Part shown: piece after piece, positions 49,537-62,442 of the stretch
How the letters are laid out: each line of letters begins with the position of its first letter
How positions within the stretch are numbered: the stretch's first letter is position 1
From: Utricularia gibba
Lineage: Eukaryota; Plantae; Magnoliophyta
Length of the DNA: 64,000 nt
Reading direction: 5' to 3'
NCBI GenBank assembly: GCA_002189035.1
Contig: NEEC01000014.1
Coordinates: forward strand, 248,001 to 312,000
Program-made: the position numbers and the translations under genes
Notes under the pieces: model-generated
What the model was told of the DNA's origin: nothing
Databases searched by the model: none
What the model saw: only the letters and a program-made list of their open reading frames with translations

Positions 49537-52500
49537 TCAATTTATGGCCCATTGTTGTTTCCATCTTCCCACTCCTCTCGCTGCGCGATTTCCTCTCTCT
49601 CGGAGGGTTTGATCAGATTCATCACCATCCAACACTCCACCTTGATGCTCAGATTCTGATGGTTCCGAGTCTCGGTAAATTGATTTTGTCTCTTGTAGTC
49701 CCATCAGGTTGCGCAAATAACAGAATTGCCTTGGGTAGAGGAGTTTTGTGAGTGGGTCGGCAATCTGTTCTTCGGTTGACACATACTCCACCTCAATTGT
49801 CTTGTCTCGTACATAATTTCTGAGTACGTCGTATTTTATGTGTATATGCTTGCATCTCCCAAACTATGCTGGATTTTTGGCCATGCAGAGGGCAGATTTG
49901 TTGTCGATCTTGAGGCTTATGTTCTTTTCCAAGTTTATTCCGAGGTCCCTCAAGAGTTTCAGTATCCATACAGCATGGTTTGCAGCTGCTGCCCCAGCCA
50001 TGTACTCAGCTTCGGCTGATGACTGTGCAACTATTTCTTGTTTTCTGCTGTTCCACACAAAAGCAGTCCCTCCAAGTAAGAAAATATAACCGGTGGTTGA
50101 TTTGTAATCTGTGGTGTCCCCTGCAAAATCACTATCTACGAAGCATTCCAAAAGAAGGTTAGCATGTTTTTTGTAATGTAATTTGAGGTTTACCGTGCAC
50201 CTTACATAATTTAGCACCTTCTTTGCTGCCTCATAGTGGTTTTGATGTGGGTTGCTCATGAATCTAGCGAGAAGGCTTATAGCATAGGCAATATCAGGCC
50301 TGGTTGCAGATAGATACATCAAGGACCCTATCAAGCTTCGATAGGCTTTAGCATTTGCCAGATTTCCCGGATCACAGATTTTGTTTGCTGTTTTTTCTGT
50401 GATGGCCACAAGTTTGGCATCAGGAGACAGCAGCACAGAGATATGTTTCCTTTTATTGAGTTTATATTTTTGTACCAGATCAGTAGCATACTTTGTTTGA
50501 CTCAAATAAATGCCTTTGCTTGTCTGAAGTACTTCCAATTCTAAGAAATAGCTCATGAGTCCTAGATCAATCATCTCAAACTGAGTCATAAGTAGTTTTT
50601 TTTGTTCTTGGAGCATGTCTTCGTTGTTCCCTGTGATGAGTATATCATCAACATACAAAGAAATAATGACTTTGTCACTTTTATTGCAGGTGAGCACATA
50701 AAGAGTGGGATCATTGCTGCTTCTAATAAATCCTTGTTGGCTGAAGTAAATGTCAATTTTGCTATACCACTCTTTTGGTGCCTGTTTGAGGCCATAGAGA
50801 GCCTTGTGCAGTAGGTACACCTTATTCTCATCTCCTTCAATTTTAAAACTAGGGGGTTGTTCTACATACACTTCTTCCTTTAACTCCCCATTCAAAAATG
50901 CTGATTTTACATCTAAGTGAAATACTTTCCAACCCATGCAAGCAGACAGTCTGAGAAGAAGTTTAATTGTGTCCAGTCTTGCCACCGGTGCAAAGGTTTC
51001 TTCGAAGTCTACTCCTTTATGCTGTGAGTACCCTTTAGCCACTAGTCTCGATTTTAGTTTGACCACTGAGCCATCTGGATTTAACTTGGTTCTTAGTATC
51101 CATTTGGTTCCTATCACCTACTTGTGCATAGGCCGATCAACTAATGTCCAAGTGTTATTTTTTTCTATGGTGGTTAGCTCAGTAATCATAGATTTCCTCC
51201 ACTCTGGATGCTTTGTTGCACTCGAGACAGAATTAGGTTCTGTAGTGATGAGAGCTTTGTCTAGGATTTCTTCCCAACTACGGTATCTCTGGTTTAAAGG
51301 TATGTCTTCAGGATCACTAAAGCTTCCATCACAAGGTACGAACTGATCACTGTCGCTATAGTTTTCAAGTGCTTCTACGTTTTCGGCTTGCTCTAAGGTT
51401 AATCTGTCAAATCTGTTCTTGCTGTCAACATTTACTCTGATATCTTGAATTTCATGGACTATTTCGGTTTCTTTTCCAGAGTTTTCATCTTGAATGATGG
51501 TTTGAATAGGTTCTGGATTTTGCTCTTCCAAGGTTTCTGGGGCCGGTACTTCAGTCCCTGAGAGGTTGCCTATGTGCTCTTCAGCTGAATTTTCAATTTC
51601 TATTTGGACTTCATTTTCCATTGCGTTTGCTGCAGTGTGATCTACAGGTCTGAATGAGGTGGAGATCAGGTTCCCATTTCGTTCTACTTGGCTTTCTTCA
51701 TTGGCACAGCTGAGTTGATCACCTTGTTGACTTTCTGTGTCTGAACTTTCTGTGATCACTTCAAGCAAGGGCAAGCATTTTACGATCTGGTTCATGGATA
51801 TTCCGCCATTTGTAGATGTTTTACTTTCCTCAGCTTTCCACTTCCAATTTTTGGATTCATCGAAGGAGACATCTTTGCTTACAACAATTTTCTTGCTATT
51901 TAGATCAAGTACCCTGTATCCTTTAATTGTCTCACTGTACCCCATAAGAATTCCCATTTGTGCCTTTTTGTCCAGTTTGCTTCTTTTCTCTTTAGGAATA
52001 TGTACATAGCATACACTACCAAATATTCTGAAATGCTGAATATCTGGTTTTTTTTCATAGAACAACTCATACGATGTCTTGTAGGTTTCAGTTCCAGAGG
52101 TAGGTAACCTATTTAGGATATACACTGCTGTGTTTACTGCTTCTGCCCAATATTTCAGAGGTACTTGATTCTCATAGAGCATGCATCTAGCCATTTCTGT
52201 TATGGTTCGGTTTCTTCTCTCACTGACTCCATTCTGTTGAGCAGTGTAGGGAGCTGTAAACTGGTGAATTATTCCTACAGAGTCACATATGTTGGTCAGT
52301 TCCTTGGGAGTATATTCTCCCCCGTTGTCAGTTCTGAGATGCTTAATTTTTACCCCACATATGTTCTCAGCTTGTGCTTTAAATTTCTTGAAGCAATCCA
52401 GTACTTTAGACCTGTGTTTTAGAAAGAAAACCCAACAAAGTTTAGTGAAGTCATCAACAAAAATTAAGTAGTGTCGATTTCCAATTGGTGAGTCAACATT

Positions 52501-54090
52501 CATTGGCCCACAGACATCACTGTGCACTAATTCCAGTTTTCTAGTGGTTCTCCAGGAGCTTCGGGGAAAGGGTGGTCGGGTCAATTTTCCATATTGGCAA
52601 CTTTCGCATAGGTCATGATTGGCTGTGAGCATAGGTAACCCTTCTACCAAGTTAAGCTTCTGGATATTGTTTAAGGAGGTGAAGTTGTGGTGACCACATC
52701 TTTTGTGCCAGAGGTTCGCAGTGTCTTTAGTTGAAAGACTCATATCTGAGTTTATGCAACCTCTTTCCTCAGGTTTCAGCGGAAAAACTCTATTTTCCAT
52801 TCCAACGGTCAGTAAAATCTTTCCTGCAAAATTCCTGACTTCACATTGTCCTTGAAGAAAAGCCACTGAATGACCCCTTTTTATCAGCTGCCCCACGCTG
52901 ATCAAGTCATGGGAGTAGCGAGAGACATGGTACGTGTCTTTGATGTCCAAGAATTTGTCTATAATTTCCAACCTAACAGTCCCAATTCCATCCACCTTTA
53001 TTTCATTTCCATCTGCTATCTCTATGCTTTTTCCATGTAGGGGTTGGTATGTTGTGAAATTTGTGAAATCGTTGCAGATATGGTTGCTACATCCACTATC
53101 TATTAGCCATGTTTGGTTTCCTTTCAGCTTGGTGGTGATTGCTAGCATTGTATCCCTCCTAAGCATGTAGAGGTCAACAACTTCCTTTTCATTGAATAGT
53201 TTTGAAGTAATTACAACAAACATGGCTTTTGAGTTTTCAGATCCGAAGTCTCCTCGTTTTCCCTTTTTGTTTCCTTCCTTTTCATCTTCCTTCCTAGCTT
53301 TGCACACCCTTTGAATATGCCCCTTCTCTTGACAGTAATTGCAGATTTTTTCTGGGTGGTAGAAACAATTTTCTGGCATGTGGTTTTTATGTTTGTAGTA
53401 AGGGCAGGTAGGGTAGTCCCCCTTTTTTTCTCTCTCACGGTTTTGAGTAGTTGACCCATTGAACAGGGCCTTGAAGGCTCCTTCACTGGCTTCCAAATAT
53501 TGATATCGTTTTTCTCTTATTTCAGCATCTTCCAGTGCTTCGATTAGTTGGGCTGGGGTGAGTTTCTTGATGCCTCCAGTTGAGACAATGGTAGTAACAG
53601 CGGAGCTGTATGTTCGAGGTAAGACCCCAATGATCTTCTCTTTTACTCTTCGGTCATCAACAAGCTCTCCAAGTGCCTTGAGTTTCTTTACTGCAGGTAG
53701 CAAGTTGTCCTTGAATGTTGACACGGAACTTTCAGGCGCAAGTTTCAGATCGTCTATCAGCCGCCAAAGGTTGGTAATCTCTTTTTCTTTCCATTCCTCC
53801 GTAACAGAGAATTCCTCAGCGAGGGTATCCCAAACCTCTTTGGGCGTGGTGCAGTGTATGATTAGGTTGTAGACTTCGCCAACTAGTGCAGTGTCCAAAA
53901 CACTTCTGGCCATGAGAATCTTGTCGTCCCATTTTGCTTCAGCAGTAGCATCTACATCTGTGAACTTGGGATCTTCTTGAAAGACTTCCCAAAGCTTCAG
54001 TGTTCTCAGGTGATTGGTCATTTTTACTGCCCATATAGTATAATCTTTTCCATCGAAGATAGATGGTGGTAGTGCGTTTGAGGATGACAT
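49537..54090 (-). pseudogene. Copia gag-pol, one reading frame with two premature TAG stops (51118-51120, 49864-49866)
   Basis: ORFs 51118-54102, 49864-51117 and 49537-49791 share a frame. Motifs WLIDSGCS, LRTDNGGEY, LYGLKQAP, YVDDIL and QIADPLTK; the frame runs into the 3' LTR. Confidence 0.93.
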
Positions 54091-54184
54091 TTCAGCTTTC
54101 ACAATTCCTGCAAGAAAGATTTATGAACGAGTATAATTGTAAGTGTGATACAGTTAATCTTTGGGATCTTGTGGGACTTTTCAG

Positions 54185-54203
54185 AATCCCACAGCTGTCA
54201 CCA
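54185..54203 (-). other. Primer-binding site complementary to a tRNA-Leu 3' end
   Basis: Plus strand AATCCCACAGCTGTCACCA abuts the LTR and matches my recollection of the plant tRNA-Leu(UAG) 3' end including CCA. Confidence 0.75.
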
Positions 54204-55325
54204 TGAAAGGAGGAGATATTTTGTAGCTTCCGAACTTGAAGCCTGGCCTGGTTTTGAGCTTTCAAACTTGAAGTTAGACACTAAGAGACTTGAGTGAAAC
54301 AGCTGAGAGAGATATAGTAGTATTCTTTTGACACAAAAAATATTTTTTTTTATACATTTGGTTTCAGTTCATATTTATACTTCAATGCTGAATCGCACCC
54401 CAGGTCTAACGATTATATTTGTAGCCATTGGAGGTCCCTATCTTGGGCCGCTCACAAGTGTGATTGGGTCTGTCGAGTCCAGCCCAATAGGTTGTTGGTA
54501 CAGCCTGCATGGTTATCACTCAATTTATGGCCCATCGTTGTTTCCATCTTCCCACTCCTCTCGCTGTGCGATTTCCTCTCTCTCGGAGGGTTTGATCAGA
54601 TTCATCAGGATCAGTTCATCACCATCCAATAATTAGTTGATTGAGTTCAGGCTGCTAACAGAAGAGCTAATTACATCCACTTAATATTTCTGCAAAATTT
54701 AAATTATTGTAAGTAGAAAAGCTTAAGATAGAGACATCGCCTAGACAAACCCAAACTAGAAAAAAATATAAAAATTGTAAACTTAATCTAAAAAAATCTG
54801 AACAATGAAATTTTCACTAACTCAAACATTGACCATGAAAATAGCAGAAAAATGCATTGATTGAGATGTCATTTACATACAATTGCAAAAACAAAACCAA
54901 TATTACAAAATTAGCAAAATACAGAACTTGTGGCGTGCAATCTAATCCCTTAGAAACCCAAAATAGGAAGAATCGTTGCTCTTAGAAATCTAAAATATGA
55001 AGAATTGATTGATTAAAAAATAACCCTAAAAAACTAATAATTGCTTGGCTGGTTAACTGGCCAGGTAAGAAAAATCGGTTAATCGATTTGATTCACTGGT
55101 TAACGGCCGAGTCACAGTCACAGTTGTGGTGACACTATTCTACACTGATTGGTTAGGGATGGTAAGAAGAATATCGGGATCTTTAGCAGGCCGTTATGGT
55201 TGGGAACCAATTCACACCAGTCCTTCCTGATCAGAATCGCATTTTAGTGTGTTATGCTCATGCACATATTGGTGCTGGTGATGATCGGCATCGTATCCCT
55301 CAAGCAGAACCCAATATTGAAGCGC

Positions 55326-55645
55326 TTCATCGCCTCACCCCTATGTATACCTCCGTTTGGATAATTTGTATGACAATTTTGATAAACATTTTTTTTATGA
55401 AAAGACCCAACATATATTTTGAATGTGCTATGGTTGATATTTCGTTCAAATCTATACTTTACTTCATCCTCATTCTCAATAATATTTTTTGAGGAAACAC
55501 TTCATAAACTCTTTCCACACAAAGAGGTAATTTTTTCATTTTTAGCTAGATATTTGTTCAATCCACAAGAGTCAATTTGGGGGTTAGAAGATTTTATGAA
55601 GCTTATTTATTTGATGCTCACTTCAAATTAGGGATTCAAATTTGA
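55326..55645 (+). pseudogene. GT37 pseudogene, middle fragment
   Basis: PHPYVYLRLDNLYDNFDK..LARYLFNP..FKLGIQI, frameshifted; closest to the 43890 copy. Confidence 0.85.
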
Positions 55646-55671
55646 AATAACTGAGATGGTTAAATATATGC

Positions 55672-57028
55672 TGATGCGTGTCATTTCCACAACAAATTTT
55701 AATACTTTTAGGACTCGTAAAACACAAAAGCGTAGTATGGGTGTCGAACACAGGAAATTGTTTTTGAGTGAAAGATGAGGTACTCCGAATACAACTGTCA
55801 CGATTTGTAAACGGTTTTGAAAGTAAAAGGTGCGAGAAACGTTGATGATGAAGCTTGAGTAAGGGAATAAGAGGAGTTTTGAACAGATAATAGAAATAAA
55901 CGTAAGCGATGAACCTTAAATAAAGTAAATGTTCCTGGGTTTAGAATCCTGTCCAGCTATATTCGTTGCATCTTCACTCTTTTCTAATCTTCTTGAGTAC
56001 TCGGTTATAGGAGTAAGGAATTGCTTATTCTCCCTTATACTCTCTTGTAAGAAGGCACGGGAATAGCCCGATGTTGCTCCTCCTTGGACGAACGTGAGAA
56101 TATGAGGTCCTGCCAGCGTACCCTCACAGCCGAATTGCACGCGTGCGCCCAAGTGCTGCCAATAACTCAATGAGTCTAGATACGAGGTCACTACCTGTCT
56201 ATTGATCCTGAGGTACAGCCACAGACAAAATGTAGTCTTCCTCTTGCCAAAGGGGCGTGAGTTGGTGCTCTCCACCTTGCTCCTCTCCAAAACTCGTGGG
56301 AAGTGATCAACTAACCATGAATCTTGAATAAGGGGACTGTTACAGAAAGACTGCAACATAGTCGCGCGAAGACATACGAAACCCGTTCGGATTCAGAGAA
56401 AATGTGAAGATAAGCTAACGAAACATAGATCTGGTGGTGTTCCAACCCAGAAGCAGAAGTTTCTAGCCGCGAACGGCCATACAAACTAAAGGAAAGGAAA
56501 ACAAAGTTCTAGAGAGAAGTTCGAGGAAAAATCCTCTAGATAGAGAAAACAAAAGGGAAAAAAACTAAAACTAACTCTTCTAACGTCTGAAGAGAATGGA
56601 ACTTCAATGAGAGTCTGAGATTTCGTGTTCCTGTGATTCTGCTGAACTTGGGGTAACTTGCAAACAACATCTGACATTGATACGCTAATGATGTCGTCTG
56701 TTAGAGACTACCGTATTCCGCACGTCAAGGCTCATGATTAAGCATGTGCAGTCTTCCGGAAATCAAGAGAATGTTAGCTTGGGAAGATCCAATTTGTCGC
56801 CATCTGATGCCCTCTTTCTCTCATGCTACCACGTGTGCGCCTCTAGAAAAACTCAATTAAAACTAATAAAATTAACATATAAAATACAAGATTTAGGATA
56901 ATTATCCTAAACTAGATAAAAATCTAAATCCCATATTATAAACTCCTAATTATACACTTCTAATAACATTTAGACATAAAAGCAGCCTAAGAAATAGTAA
57001 GAAAATGACACTTAATATATGCTCTATG
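55672..57028. mobile_element. Nested LTR-like (probably Gypsy) non-coding debris
   Basis: TGATGCG start and AAAATGACACTTAATATATGCTCTAT end resemble a Gypsy LTR; inner TGTCACG..CTGACA block 55796-56676; no TSD confirmed. Confidence 0.4.
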
Positions 57029-59976
57029 AGAAGCAAATACTTTTAAAAGATTGGACTGAAATTGTAAACACAGCCGTGTACATTCTAAACAAGCTACCTA
57101 CCTATGGAATTGAAGACTAAAACACTCCTTATGAGCTTTTCTATGAGAAAAACCAGATATTCAATGCCTCATAATTTTTGGTTGCATATGTTATGTGCAC
57201 GTACCTTTAGAGAAAAGAATCAAATTGGATAAAAAGGTACAAGTGAGAATCTTCATATAGTATAACGGCATAATCAAGGGATATAGAGTGCATGATCTGG
57301 ATAGTAAGAGATTTGTTATAAACAGAGATGTCTCCTTCGATGAATTTAGGAAATGAGACTGGAAAATTGAGGAAAGTGAAGCTCCGACAAGTGGCAGCAC
57401 AAATGCTTACCACTTCTTAAAGCTATCTTAGACAATTGAGACATGGAAAATGCACACAATGATCAATCCAACTCCACTGATGAAGAAAGCCAAGTGGAGG
57501 AAAATAATAATTTAACTTCCACCCCTAGGAGATCTATAGATCACACAATATCAAATGCATTGGGAAGTCATGAACTAACTACAAATGACAATTTAAGTGA
57601 AGAACACACAAGTAACTTCTCAGACAGTGAAGAACCAGTTTTGGAAACATTGGAAGAGCAAAATCAGATATTAAATCAAAGCACTAACCTACATGAAAAC
57701 ACTAGAGAAGAAATTGCCATAGTTTGTGAAAATCAAGATGTTAGGGCAAGTGATGATTGTAATTCTGGAAGTGTCAATAACGGCAGAATTGATGGTCTAA
57801 ACTTGGTGCATTTTGAAAATAAAAAGGAAACCAATGATTTCAGAAATAGTGAACCACTCATACCTTGTGATGGAAGTTTTAGTGATCCTGAAGGAATATC
57901 ATTGAATGAGAGATATAGAAGCTGAGAAGAAATTGTAGATAGAACTATTGTTACTATCAAACCAAACTCTATGTCAAGTGCCTTAAGACATCCAGGCTGG
58001 AAAAAATCCATGATCACAGAGTTAAACCACCATAGAAAAAAACAACACATAAACCTTAGTAGATCGACCATTACATAGGAAAGCTATAGGAACAAAATGG
58101 ATACAAAGAACAAAGTTGAATTCAAATGGTTTGGAGCTTAGACTATAACCGAGATTGGTGGCTAAGGACTACTCACAACGAAAAGGAGTGGACTTTGAAG
58201 AAACATTTGCACTAGTAGTAAGACTAGACACAATCGAATTTATCCTTGGACTTTCTGCCTACCTAGAATGGAAAGTATTTCATTTAGATGTAAATTAGTC
58301 TTCTTAAATGGGGAATTAAAAGAGGAAGTTTATGTAGCACAACCATCTAGCTTTAAAATTAAAGAACATGAGAACAAAATGTATTTGTTGCATAAATCTC
58401 TTTATAGCCTCAAAAAAGCACTTAGAGAATGATATAGCAAAATTGATACTTGTACAATAAGGATTCACCAGAAGCAGCAATGATTCCACTCTCTGTGTGC
58501 TAAACTACAACAACAATGACAAAGTCATGTTTTTTATGTATATCGATGATATCCTCATCATAGTAAACAATGAAGAGTTGTTTTAGGAACAAAAAAATCT
58601 GCATATGAATCATTTTGAAATGATTGATTTAGGACTCATGAGTTACTTCTTATGGTTGGAAGTACTTAAGACAAATGATGCTATTTATTTTAGTCAACAA
58701 AATATGTTACTAACCTAGTGTGGAGGTATGAGCTAGATAAGAGAAAATATGTCTCGCTGCCGTTGTCCCTAGATGCTAAACTTGTGGCTACCACAAAAAA
58801 AAAAAAAAAAACAGCAGGCATAATCAGCAATCCAGGAAATCTAGCCAATGAAAAAACTTATCGAAATTTGATAGAGTCCTTGATGTATATATCTACAACC
58901 AAACCAGATATCAATTATGTTGTAGGACTCCTCTCTAGGTTCATGGCCAATTCACATCAAAATCTATGAGGCCGCAACAAAGATCTTAAATTATGTAAGG
59001 TGTAAGGTAAACCTCAAAGTCAATTATAAAAAAACATTCTAACCTTTTTCTGAGCTGTTTTATGGATAGTGATTTTTTAGGTGGTATCATAGATTATGAC
59101 TCCATCACTGGATATATCTTCTTGCTAGGAGGGATTGTATTTGCATGGAACAATAAAAAAAAAAAGAAATAGTTGCACAATCGTGGGCTGAAGCTGTGTA
59201 CTAGCAAGAGTGGCTACAGCGAATAACACCATCTGGATCTTGAAACTCCTAAAGGACTTGGGCATAAATCTGAAAAAAGACATAAGTATCAAGGTTGACA
59301 ACAAAATCCACCATCTGTATGTTTAGAGACCTGATATAGTTTGGAAGATGCAAGCATATAAACATAAAATACCACATACTCAAAAATTATGTACGAGACA
59401 AGATGATTGAAATGGAGTATGTGGCCTCTAAAGAATAGATTGCAGACCCACTTACAAAACTTCTTTATCCAAGGCAATTCTACTATTTGTGAAGCTTGAT
59501 GTGGCTACAAGAAACTCAATAGATCAACAAAAATTCCGAGGCATTTGAATCTGAGCATCAAGGTGAAGTATTGGATGTTGATGAATTGATTTTAATGAAC
59601 TTAGTAAAACCCTTCGAGGAAGAATAAATCGCATCACGTGATGAATGGGAAGATGAAAATGTTGGATCTAGAAATTAGATTATGAAATGTGCTGGTTGAA
59701 ATAGTAACTCACTAGGCTCAATTTTAATATGCCCGATCACACTCAAAGCAAAAGGTTCAAGACAAACAATTCCAATGATCATAAATGTAACTGTTGGATT
59801 TGTCCTCTAGCTCCATACTGTATTATAAATACTTGTAGGAACACATTGAATGATATACTTTTAAACTGCAAAGTTTACACAATATTCTTCGAAACATCAG
59901 AATACAGCTTCAAGTTCGGAAGCTTGAATCAGACTAGGCTTCAAGTTCAAAAGCTACAAACCATCTCCTCCTTTCA
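57020..59976 (+). mobile_element. 5'-truncated decayed Copia of the 49222 family (INT-RT-RH, 3' LTR 59569-59976)
   Basis: PCDGSFSDPE..LNERYRS shared with the 49222 element; PPT CAAGGTGAAG; LTR ends ATCTCCTCCTTTCA. Confidence 0.9.
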
Positions 59977-60194
59977 TATGACTCAAGGTTTTGTTGGGTT
60001 CACACCGAGGATGATTGTTGCACCTAGTACATCCATGTCCTCGAGTTCAGTCAATGGAACCACGCAACCATGTCCCACCAAACTATGATTGTATGACAAG
60101 AAGTGTGAAATCTGGGAAAGCTAATGATCCTCATACTAGACTTTGCCTCGATGCCATATGGGGAGGACACCAGCTAGTTAACGATGCACGTTAG
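59977..60194 (+). pseudogene. GT37 pseudogene, 3' end
   Basis: TQGFVGFTPRMI..HVPPNYDC..PHTRLCLDAIWGGHQLVNDAR*; its 3' flank is homologous to that of the 43890 gene. Confidence 0.85.
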
Positions 60195-60843
60195 CATCAT
60201 CTTGTCATGTTTTCACTATAATTTGCAATGATTTCTGTTACCACTTTCCGTTATGTTTTAAATTGAGTCATCAAATTGAACGATACAACAATTTGTGATG
60301 ACAGGTGTCCATTGAGCTTCAAGCTAGAGGTGAGTAGATTGGTCTTGTTGTCCGCAATTATCCCTCAACTCTTCAATCAGCTAACTGTTTCGTTTTTAAT
60401 TTCGCATAAACAACCACCACAAAATAAAGAGTCTGATTTAAAACTTCTTTAGTTCTAATTATCATAAACAGTGTTTGAACCTAACATGAAAATGATTTAT
60501 GAAAGCTGAGTACGATGTGCTTGTCTACCGGTTTTTTCCTATATTGGTTTAGTGAACAGATATCGACAGAATGGCGCCTTTGATTCATTTTTAAAACTGG
60601 GATTTTCCCAAGGATTTATTCGCTTAGAAATATAAACCACGTTGGAAATCAACACTCCATTTTCTTCCCTATCGTTCAAAAACTTTTGTAGTTGGAACAC
60701 TGATATTCATCTTCAATATCATTATGATAAGAGATTATATCGCTGCAAGATATCCATTTGAGAAGGTGAGAGATGCAAGAGAACAGCTTTCAGTCAATGC
60801 GCTAGCATCATTAAGTGGACATTTCCGATCAAAATGGTATGCT

Positions 60844-62442
60844 CTAGGATGCATTGGTATGGTCATTAACTAACTTCACTCCTCCCCAGTAATTATCAGC
60901 ACACGGTCTTGTATGCCTTATTACGCTTTCATCAATCACACGTTTCATCTTGCAGTCATATCTTGGGGGTATGAGGTAGCATGGTTCCATGGATACCACT
61001 CGTTCGCAGGGTCGATCATGGCCGGTTTGGTTCTTCGACTTGAAGATCATCCTTGGTGTTAACCCGCCTATGCCTTGAGCCGCATATCCGAAAGTTGATA
61101 ACGCACTTGTAACCAGTTCATCTGCTAAACTAAGCAGATAAATCTCGGCCAGTGCTTTTCGATCATGATCTCGGTTCCCAGTAGCTTGCTTCACTTCAAA
61201 ACTTGCTTGCTCAATCGCAACTATTTCTCCAGTTGTTGGAGCATTTTCCAAGTACAGTTTTCTGATTTCTTCAAAATAGTCTCGGCTCAGTGACGCTAGT
61301 AGAACAACGATCCTTTTTCCATTCTTCTTCATCATGGGCTCAGTCAAATTCACAGGCTCGTTTCGTGGGAGTAAGCCATTGCTCATAGTACACGAAAGGA
61401 TTTGATTAACAATATCTTGTGTTGGGATATTTTCGAAATCAAAATTCCGAATTTGGACCCCAAGTTTTACATCAAATCCTAATAGATAAGTTTTGTAGAA
61501 GCTGCTCACGAGCCCCCAAACGGAATTAGTTGGATGGAACAAATACTGTGCTAAGAAATGAAACACCGTCTCCTTGTCAGGAAATAGATTATCTAGTTCC
61601 TTCTCAAAGCAAGACATTGAGAAGAAAGAGGGAGCGAAATATAGATCCGAAAACATCATCAACCAGGGTACATCCGTTACATATGACTGATCTTCATCAC
61701 AAAAGAAACGTTTATCGAGATCTCCAAAGTTTATATATAGGTGGATGTATACATAGAGTTGTGGAGGGGTTGAGATACTTGAATTACCCAACAACTTGTT
61801 TCCCAATAGCTTCCCAAAACATTCCTCGGAATCTTTGTTAAAACCACTCAATTTATGGGCCAATGGGAAGTCCAAAGGAAGTAACCAAGAACCCTCAGGA
61901 AAGGGTTCACAAAAGAGATCAGAAATGGCATCCTTGGGATCAACGAGGAGAACCCTGTCGGTGAGAAGAGCATACAAAAATGTGGAAGCAAGACTGAGGA
62001 TTCTATTTCCCAATCCATCCACAGGGAGCCATATAACGTACTTGCATTCAAAGAGTGCACCACTAGACATGTTGATTTTGAGGGAATGAATTGTCATGTT
62101 ATATAGAAATGTATATGGAGCACATCTCTTGTGTCGAGCCTCATAGCTCCGCAACTTGGAGATAAGATATAAAGAAGGTTTTCTCATCTTTGATCTTTGC
62201 GTCAAGAGTAAATCATACCTACTATAGCAAGAAGGTCGATCGAATCCACTTGGAAGGAGGTCGGCTTGATGTTGGACTTGATAACTGCCCTCGTTAGGGT
62301 TATGCCCATGCTGAGCATACCTTCGTGTCATGTTGTAAAGAAATGCCAAGATCGTCCCAAAAAGTAGAAAAAAGAAAACAAGTTTCAACCAATGTCTGCT
62401 AGATTGTGTCAGTAACATCTTGAATGGTGTTTGGCGTTCCAT
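60844..62442 (-). CDS. FUT: GT37 fucosyltransferase-family protein, intact (532 aa)
   Basis: TM anchor; DGLGNRILSLAS, LGVQIR and ALAEIYLLSLADELVTS..STFGYAAQGIGGL motifs; closest intact relative of the IR pseudogenes. Confidence 0.95.
   Translation of the reverse strand: MERQTPFKMLLTQSSRHWLKLVFFFLLFGTILAFLYNMTRRYAQHGHNPNEGSYQVQHQADLLPSGFDRPSCYSRYDLLLTQRSKMRKPSLYLISKLRSYEARHKRCAPYTFLYNMTIHSLKINMSSGALFECKYVIWLPVDGLGNRILSLASTFLYALLTDRVLLVDPKDAISDLFCEPFPEGSWLLPLDFPLAHKLSGFNKDSEECFGKLLGNKLLGNSSISTPPQLYVYIHLYINFGDLDKRFFCDEDQSYVTDVPWLMMFSDLYFAPSFFSMSCFEKELDNLFPDKETVFHFLAQYLFHPTNSVWGLVSSFYKTYLLGFDVKLGVQIRNFDFENIPTQDIVNQILSCTMSNGLLPRNEPVNLTEPMMKKNGKRIVVLLASLSRDYFEEIRKLYLENAPTTGEIVAIEQASFEVKQATGNRDHDRKALAEIYLLSLADELVTSALSTFGYAAQGIGGLTPRMIFKSKNQTGHDRPCERVVSMEPCYLIPPRYDCKMKRVIDESVIRHTRPCADNYWGGVKLVNDHTNAS

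Larger units (their letters stand above)
49222..54631 (-). mobile_element. Full-length Ty1/Copia element inserted into the hAT remnant
   Basis: LTRs 49222-49634 and 54204-54631; TSD ATTAG (49217-49221, 54632-54636); PPT at 49635-49644; PBS at 54185-54203. Confidence 0.97.

Noticed and set aside
49222-54631. Only two stops in gag-pol as a sign of selection or recent activity
   Set aside because: With roughly 5% LTR divergence a handful of stops is expected; two is not anomalous.
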